A DNA stretch of 64,000 nt from an uncultured Armatimonadetes bacterium (lineage in GTDB: Bacteria; Armatimonadota; Hebobacteria; Hebobacterales; Hebobacteraceae): contig OY970296.1 in the NCBI GenBank assembly GCA_963716175.1, positions 2,240,001 to 2,304,000 on the forward strand, written 5' to 3'. Within the stretch, counting starts at the first letter, position 1; each line of letters opens with the position of its first letter. Shown here piece after piece: positions 58,249-64,000 of this stretch. The notes below the pieces were generated by a model. That model did not search any database, was not told the DNA's origin, and saw only the letters and a list, made by a program, of their open reading frames with translations. A program made the position numbers and the translations under genes.

Positions 58249-60438
58249 ATGCCCAACACCAGCCGATCCTTCGCCGCGGTCGGTGAATGGGGGGTGACCT
58301 TCGACGTTCGCACCACCGCCCTCGACTGCCGGCATCGTCCTACGGGCGCCCGCGTCAGTGGCCGGTTGGAGTTCGGCTCGCCGGGCGGGGAACGCATGGC
58401 GATCTCACTTGCGCCGGGCGCGGGGCCCCAGCAACTGGCGATCCGCGACTCTCGCGGAGACTGCCAGATGTACCTGCGGCTCGACTCGGCCGGCCGCGAT
58501 CTCAGGCTCTCTCTCGTGCCCCGCGGCCGTGCGAGTTCCCGCGGACAGCTCACCCTTCGTGGCGTCGCGACCTTAGGGCGTCAGACCTTTGCCTGCCGGA
58601 CGTTCGCGCCGCAGCATCTGGACGTGGTCCAGATGGCCTCCGGCCCGGCAGACAGCGCGCTGAACGATTCACTGTTCGACATCGCCCGAGACATCGCCAT
58701 GCGGCTCCGCGCCGAACACGTTGCCATCACCACGAGGGAGAACGCGAACGGCAGGAAACAGCGCTTCGAGGTCGTGTTGGCGGGTCGGATCGAGAGTCCG
58801 GCAGCGTCGGAGATGACCATCACTGTCGAGCAACATTTTTACCGGGGCCGCTACGTTCCGTGGTACCGTCCGCTGGACAAGTCGAGACTGCCTTTCGCTC
58901 CCACCGGGTGGATGTCGTGGAACACCTACTTCGATCAGGCTGGGGAGACGGAGAACCTCAATGAGGCGCGCATTGGGGCGACGTTCCTCAAGCCATACGG
59001 GTTGCGGATCTGGTCCATCGAGTCATGGCAGGACAACTCCGCTTCGCAGCCGGTCAGCCAGTTCCACCACCTCACGCTGCGCCCATACCTCAGGCAGTTC
59101 CCGCACGGGATGAAGTGGCTTGCCCGGGAGATCCGGCGGCTTGGCTTCCAGCCCGGTATCTGGACCGTCCCCTTCGGCACCGGTGACGCCGAGTTCTACC
59201 GGAGACACCAGCGTTGGTTTCTCCACCATCCTGATGGGCGCCCCATGAGCAACTGGTGCGGCCGGTACGTGCTGGACCCGTCTCAGCCCGCGGTGCGCCG
59301 GCATATGGCGGAGACCCATCGGCGGATGGCAGAGTGGGGATACGGCTTCTTCAAGATCGACGGCATGTTCGGCGGGAGCCGGCACTACAGCGCGCATTTC
59401 TACGAGATCCCCGAGGTGCGCGCCGCCTTTCGGCGGTCCTGCCGCAACCCGTTCCAGCTATGCACGCAGGCGCTGCGCCGCGGGATCGGAAAGGACCGCA
59501 TCCTGCTGGCGTGCGCCGGTCACTACACCGGCCCCGAAGTAGCCGTATCCGACGCGGCACGTATCGGCGGCGATGTGGTTGCGCCGAACCGCCCTCCCGG
59601 GTGGCGGAGCTACGTCGAGCAAGCGAGCATGATCCTCTCGTGTCTGTTCGTGAATAACATCGTCTGGTACTGCGATCCTGACACCTTGCTGGTCGGCACA
59701 TACCTGCCGATCGAGCAGGCGCGGGTGGCCGCCAGCGCGATAGCACTGGCCGGACAGGTGATGTTCGCGGGAGACAAGCTCGGCGAGTTGCCGCCGGAGC
59801 GGATGTGGCTGCTCCAGCGCTGCCTGCCGGTGTGCGACGTGCGGCCGCTCGATCTCTATCCCATCAACCAACTGGTCCCCATCTGGGACTTGAAGGTGAG
59901 GCGGCGGTTTGCGCAGTGGGATGTGGTGTCGGTGTTCAACTTCGACGGCGGTGCGAGGAAGCGAGTAATCGTTGAGATGGCGCGACTGGGCCTCGACTGC
60001 GAGAAGCAGTACCTCGCCTACGACTTCTGGCGGGGCCGGCTGCTGGGCCGGTTCTCGCGCTGCCTCTCGGTGGACGTGCAGCCCAGGTCGAATCTGCTGC
60101 TGGCGGTGCACGAAGACCTGGGGCGACCCCAGTTCCTTTCCACCGACCGGCATCTGACGCAGGGCGCGGTATCGCTGCGGGCGTTGACCTGGGATGAATC
60201 CCGCCTCACGCTTTCCGGAAAGACGGAGCTGGTGGCTGGCGAACAGACCCGGCTAACGTTCTGTGTTCCTACTGGCTTCCGTCTGGAGACCGCGAGCGCG
60301 ACGCGCGCGGAGGTCGGCCAGGTGAGAAAGGGCAAGGACCAGACCGTTACCGTGACACTCCGCGCCGCGCGCTCTACGACGGCCGCCTGGCGACTGCGGT
60401 TTGCGAGAGCGCGACCGCAACCGGGCGGCCGCGACTAA
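58249..60438 (+). CDS. Alpha-galactosidase-like glycoside hydrolase (GH27/GH36 clan D)
   Basis: PTGWMSWN, FPHGMKWLA, PGIWTVPF, FFKIDG, ARIGGDV, DPDTL. Confidence 0.85.
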   Translation: MPNTSRSFAAVGEWGVTFDVRTTALDCRHRPTGARVSGRLEFGSPGGERMAISLAPGAGPQQLAIRDSRGDCQMYLRLDSAGRDLRLSLVPRGRASSRGQLTLRGVATLGRQTFACRTFAPQHLDVVQMASGPADSALNDSLFDIARDIAMRLRAEHVAITTRENANGRKQRFEVVLAGRIESPAASEMTITVEQHFYRGRYVPWYRPLDKSRLPFAPTGWMSWNTYFDQAGETENLNEARIGATFLKPYGLRIWSIESWQDNSASQPVSQFHHLTLRPYLRQFPHGMKWLAREIRRLGFQPGIWTVPFGTGDAEFYRRHQRWFLHHPDGRPMSNWCGRYVLDPSQPAVRRHMAETHRRMAEWGYGFFKIDGMFGGSRHYSAHFYEIPEVRAAFRRSCRNPFQLCTQALRRGIGKDRILLACAGHYTGPEVAVSDAARIGGDVVAPNRPPGWRSYVEQASMILSCLFVNNIVWYCDPDTLLVGTYLPIEQARVAASAIALAGQVMFAGDKLGELPPERMWLLQRCLPVCDVRPLDLYPINQLVPIWDLKVRRRFAQWDVVSVFNFDGGARKRVIVEMARLGLDCEKQYLAYDFWRGRLLGRFSRCLSVDVQPRSNLLLAVHEDLGRPQFLSTDRHLTQGAVSLRALTWDESRLTLSGKTELVAGEQTRLTFCVPTGFRLETASATRAEVGQVRKGKDQTVTVTLRAARSTTAAWRLRFARARPQPGGRD

Positions 60439-60461
60439 AGCAGCAGCGAGAGGGTTATGAA

Positions 60462-63170
60462 ATGCGCTCAAGTGTGGCTGCTCTGACGTTGGTGTTGATG
60501 CTCTGGACCGTCGGGAGATGCGCTCAGGGAGAAAGTGCGAACATGATGCTCAACGGGGATTTCGCAGTTGACTCTGATGGCGATGGAATGGCGGACCACT
60601 GGCAGTTTTCCGGCGACGCGAACGTCAAGGTCACGTGGGCGCGGGATGCAGGCGCACACGGGGGCTATTCCCAGAAGATCACGTGCACGCAGTTCGCGGT
60701 GAAGTCGCCGAGCAGCCACGCCATGCTCGCCCAGGTGAATGGCTTCGCCCTGCGCAGTGGGCAGTGGTACCGCCTGAGCTTCAACGCCAAGGGAGAGATT
60801 GCGAGCAAGGCGGTCAACGTCGGGATCAGTGACATGAGCATGTGGCAGTCGTGCGGGCTCAGCGACGTATTCCGGGTTCGGGCAGAATGGCGGCCACAGG
60901 AATTCATATTCCGCGCCAACCGCGATATCTCGACTGACATCCGCCTCCAGATCTGGTTCACCGAGGTCGGTTCACTCTGGATAGATGATGTGCGGCTGGA
61001 GGAGGTCCCCGCGGAATCAGCCGCGACCAGACGGCGATACACCGAAGTCGTGCCGAGCATCGGGTCGAGGAATCTGGTCCCGAACGGCAGCTTCGAATGC
61101 GGCACGAGCGGCTGGGGAAGCATCGCCCAAGGCGTCGATTGGGGTGACAGCGGGTTGATCGCATTGTTCGGCAGAATCGACAGCGAAGCACCCGAAGATG
61201 GGGCGAGCAGTTTCCGCATCGACATTGACAAGGCCACAGCACCCGTGCTCGCGTTCGATTACTTCGACGTCGAGCAGCGGCCGGTGTATATGGCGCTGGT
61301 GGCGAACCGCGGGTGGATCAGCGTGACGCGGGGGCAGGACTACACGCTTTCGGCGTATGTCAAAGCCGATCCCGCCGGCACACCCTGCGTGCTGGTGGCT
61401 CGCCAGGCCTTCGACGATCCCCAGGAGCGTGAGGTCGAGGCCACGGGCGACTGGCAGCGAGTCACCTTCACATTCAAGCCACAGGCGGACCAGATCTTTG
61501 TCGCGGTGGGGCCGGATCTGACGCATTCGCCCCTGCGGAAAGCGACGGTCTGGGTAGATGCGGTCCAGCTCGAGCAGGGCCCCGAGGCGACGCGGTACCA
61601 GCCGCGGTCGCCGGTGGAGGTCGGATTGGGATGGGAGCGCCCCGGTCATTCGTTTTCTTCGCCCCAGGAGGCGCGGGCGATCGTTAACGTGTATAACGCC
61701 GGAACCGCGGCGACGCGAGTTCGGGTGGAAGCAACCGTCACCGATTTCTTCGACAGGGAGGTGGCGAGGCCGCAGCTCGAGGTCGAGGCACCGGCAGGAC
61801 GAGGGGTGCAACAGGTCTTGAGGCTTGGGGTAGAGGACAAGGGCTTCTACCGGATCAAGTTGGAGGCCGATCCAGGAGTCGTGCTTCCCATCAATGCCGA
61901 ACGCTGGGGGGTGATCGACGCGCATCCAGATGCGGACGGCATCTTCGGGATGAACCATGCGTATGCGGCGCCCGAACTCCTCACACTCAGCAAAGAGATC
62001 GGTCTGACCTGGATGAGGGACTGGTCGCTGAAGTGGCAAGCAGTGGAGCCGGAGAGGGGAAGGTTCGACTTCTCCCGGATGGACTTCCAGATCGACCGGA
62101 TCGTCGAACATGGGCTCAACGTCGATGCGCTGCTTCCGTTCCCATCGAGCGACTGGAGCAGCAGCGCGCCGGCCGGCGTCCAGCCAAGCTACGACATGGG
62201 TGAGCATGCGCGGATGGCCTACAAGCCACGGGACCTCGACGAGTTCGCGGACTATGTGCGCGCGACTGTCAGGCGCTACGCGAGCCGCGTGCACGTGTGG
62301 GAGATACTCAACGAGCCGCTCTATACCGGCTACGCGCTCCCGCAAGCGACAGGACATACGGTTGAGGACTACGTGGCGCTGCTCAAGACCGCCTACCAGG
62401 CGATCAAGGAAGTGGACCCGAAGGCATTCGTCATCGGTGGTGTCGCCGACGATCCGGATGGGATCACCCAGGAGTTCATCCCGGCCGGCAGGCTGGACTG
62501 GTTGGACGGGATCAACATCCACATCTACCCGGTCATCCGCCAGCCAGAGAGCTATCTGAGCGGGCTGGAGAAGCTGAACGCGATGATGCGGACGATCGGG
62601 AAGCCGCGGCCCATCTACTTCACCGAGGGCTCGTACTATGGTGAGGACGACCTGCCGGTCCAGCCGTTCTCGCCCGGGGACCCGCTGATGAGGCCGCTCG
62701 ATAGCGAGCTCGAGTGCGCGTCGTACCAGACGAGGTTCAACATCATCTTGATGTCGCAGAACGTGAAGATGATCATCTATCACGCCGGCACCGGCGGGTC
62801 GCTGAACAACCCGTCCGTGGGTGGGATCTTCTTCGAGTGGGACGGCGCCCCGAGGAAGATGGCGATCTCGCAGTCCGTCATGACGTCGCTGTTCGGCGCC
62901 GACACCGCGTGCATTGGCTCGGCGTCCGATCAGGTGCGAAGCCTCGCCTTCCACTCGCGGGGCCGAACCGTGGTCGCGCTCTGGGACGAGAAGTACCAGC
63001 ATCTCGCGCTCGCTCCTCCCCACGGAGCAATGGTAGTTGACCTGGCGGGGGCCCAGGTGAAGAACACGCGCGTGATCCTCGACGAGATGCCGCATTACAT
63101 CATCTTCAGCGGGGAGATCTCGATCGAGCAGTTGCGGGATGCGTTGAGGGGGTGTATCGGCAAGGCGTGA
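60462..63170 (+). CDS. Secreted glycoside hydrolase (GH39/GH5-like) with two CBM4/9-like domains
   Basis: Signal peptide; NGDF/NGSFE...IDDVRL/VDAVQL modules; WEILNEP, NIHIY, YFTEG. Confidence 0.82.
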   Translation: MRSSVAALTLVLMLWTVGRCAQGESANMMLNGDFAVDSDGDGMADHWQFSGDANVKVTWARDAGAHGGYSQKITCTQFAVKSPSSHAMLAQVNGFALRSGQWYRLSFNAKGEIASKAVNVGISDMSMWQSCGLSDVFRVRAEWRPQEFIFRANRDISTDIRLQIWFTEVGSLWIDDVRLEEVPAESAATRRRYTEVVPSIGSRNLVPNGSFECGTSGWGSIAQGVDWGDSGLIALFGRIDSEAPEDGASSFRIDIDKATAPVLAFDYFDVEQRPVYMALVANRGWISVTRGQDYTLSAYVKADPAGTPCVLVARQAFDDPQEREVEATGDWQRVTFTFKPQADQIFVAVGPDLTHSPLRKATVWVDAVQLEQGPEATRYQPRSPVEVGLGWERPGHSFSSPQEARAIVNVYNAGTAATRVRVEATVTDFFDREVARPQLEVEAPAGRGVQQVLRLGVEDKGFYRIKLEADPGVVLPINAERWGVIDAHPDADGIFGMNHAYAAPELLTLSKEIGLTWMRDWSLKWQAVEPERGRFDFSRMDFQIDRIVEHGLNVDALLPFPSSDWSSSAPAGVQPSYDMGEHARMAYKPRDLDEFADYVRATVRRYASRVHVWEILNEPLYTGYALPQATGHTVEDYVALLKTAYQAIKEVDPKAFVIGGVADDPDGITQEFIPAGRLDWLDGINIHIYPVIRQPESYLSGLEKLNAMMRTIGKPRPIYFTEGSYYGEDDLPVQPFSPGDPLMRPLDSELECASYQTRFNIILMSQNVKMIIYHAGTGGSLNNPSVGGIFFEWDGAPRKMAISQSVMTSLFGADTACIGSASDQVRSLAFHSRGRTVVALWDEKYQHLALAPPHGAMVVDLAGAQVKNTRVILDEMPHYIIFSGEISIEQLRDALRGCIGKA

Positions 63171-63255
63171 CGAGGTGCGAGGAGGGCGCAAGCTTCCGCG
63201 CAGTGCCCACCAGCGACCGCCAACGCGCCGTCCGCCGAGTGCGGAGATCAGGAGG

Positions 63256-64000
63256 CTACCGGTCCGGCCTTTTCTCCCCGCGCGAAGTGCCGGCGCCGGC
63301 CTGGCCCGATTCCACCAGCTCACCCGTCGCGTCCCGGATTTTCGCAACCGCCTCGGCGAAGAGGTCCATGTCCTGCTGGCTGCCGAGGAGCACGGTCTGG
63401 GGGAGGGAGAGGAACTTGCCGGCATAGCCTTCGGCCACCGGGCAGCGCGTCCGCGTGTAGTCGAGTTCCTTCCCGTAGACCCTCAAGATGCCTGGGTCGA
63501 AACGTTTCTCCACGAACATCGGATGCTGGTGAAGCGCCCGCACTGCCGTGACCGCGCTGCAAGGAATGCCCTCCGCGGACAGGGCCTCGGCGAAGCGCGC
63601 CGCCGGCAGCCCTCCCAAGGCTTCCGCGTCGTAGTGCAGCGTCGGGTAGAGGTGGCTGAGCCGCGTCATGCGCGGGTCCCTAGTGGGGAAGCGCACTGCG
63701 GCGGTGACCCCGGCGAGCGCGGAGGCGAGATGGGCGGCATTCGCCTCTTTGACGCTGATCAGGTCGTCAAGCCTGCCAAATTGCGCTAGCACGATCGCTC
63801 CCGCGAACTCGGACATACGGAAGTTCCAGCCCATCTCCTCGAACCTGCCTATCTCATCCTGTCCGACCCGCTGCCCGAGCTTGCGACATTCGCGGCGAGC
63901 ACCTCGTCATTCGTCACGATCATCCCGCCTTCACCCGCGGTGAGCGACTTGTCCTGCTGAAAGCTGAACGCGCTCAGGTGTGCCGCGGCCGCCACCTTCC
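63256..64000 (-). CDS. DegT/DnrJ/EryC1/StrS aminotransferase, 5'-truncated by the window edge, frameshift near 63891
   Basis: AFSFQQDKSLTAGEGGMIVTND (PLP lysine) in one frame and GWNFRMSEF in the next; one added base joins them. Confidence 0.88.

Noticed and set aside
61017-63425. 802-aa minus-strand ORF and other long antisense ORFs (12997-14034, 30013-31086, 36969-38060, 56856-57974)
   Set aside because: They are shadows of well-supported genes on the opposite strand in high-GC DNA and have no motifs of their own.

Overview
GC-rich bacterial chromosomal window. The SLH-domain surface proteins and sugar-catabolic genes suggest an Armatimonadota-like organism (inference). 1-17.3 kb is a defence/mobile island: a partial helical-repeat protein, an HEXXH peptidase inserted behind a XerC/D-like recombinase whose 3' end is duplicated in recoded form, an RHH protein, a 996-aa membrane protein with a possible encapsulin/HK97-like tail, an HTH-mod-res type III RM operon, and a Ski2-SWIM helicase plus UvrD-nuclease operon. 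17.5-39.2 kb holds accessory genes (SGNH hydrolase, QueG-like, UroD-like, mscL, M48 peptidase, MEDS, NHL-SLH-peptidase, CHASE2 kinase, TPR-CHAT). 39.7-45.3 kb is an integrase-less island in tRNA-Phe (GIY-YIG nuclease, IS remnant, two related hypothetical proteins). 45.4-50.4 kb is a decayed primase-polymerase element. 50.5-64 kb holds carbohydrate and metabolic genes. The strongest unexplained signal is a dispersed intergenic repeat with 13 copies, all in the same orientation: an ~75-bp covarying hairpin, extended to ~250 bp in six copies. Two single-base frameshifts look like possible sequencing errors. All family assignments come from reading motifs by eye, not from database searches.
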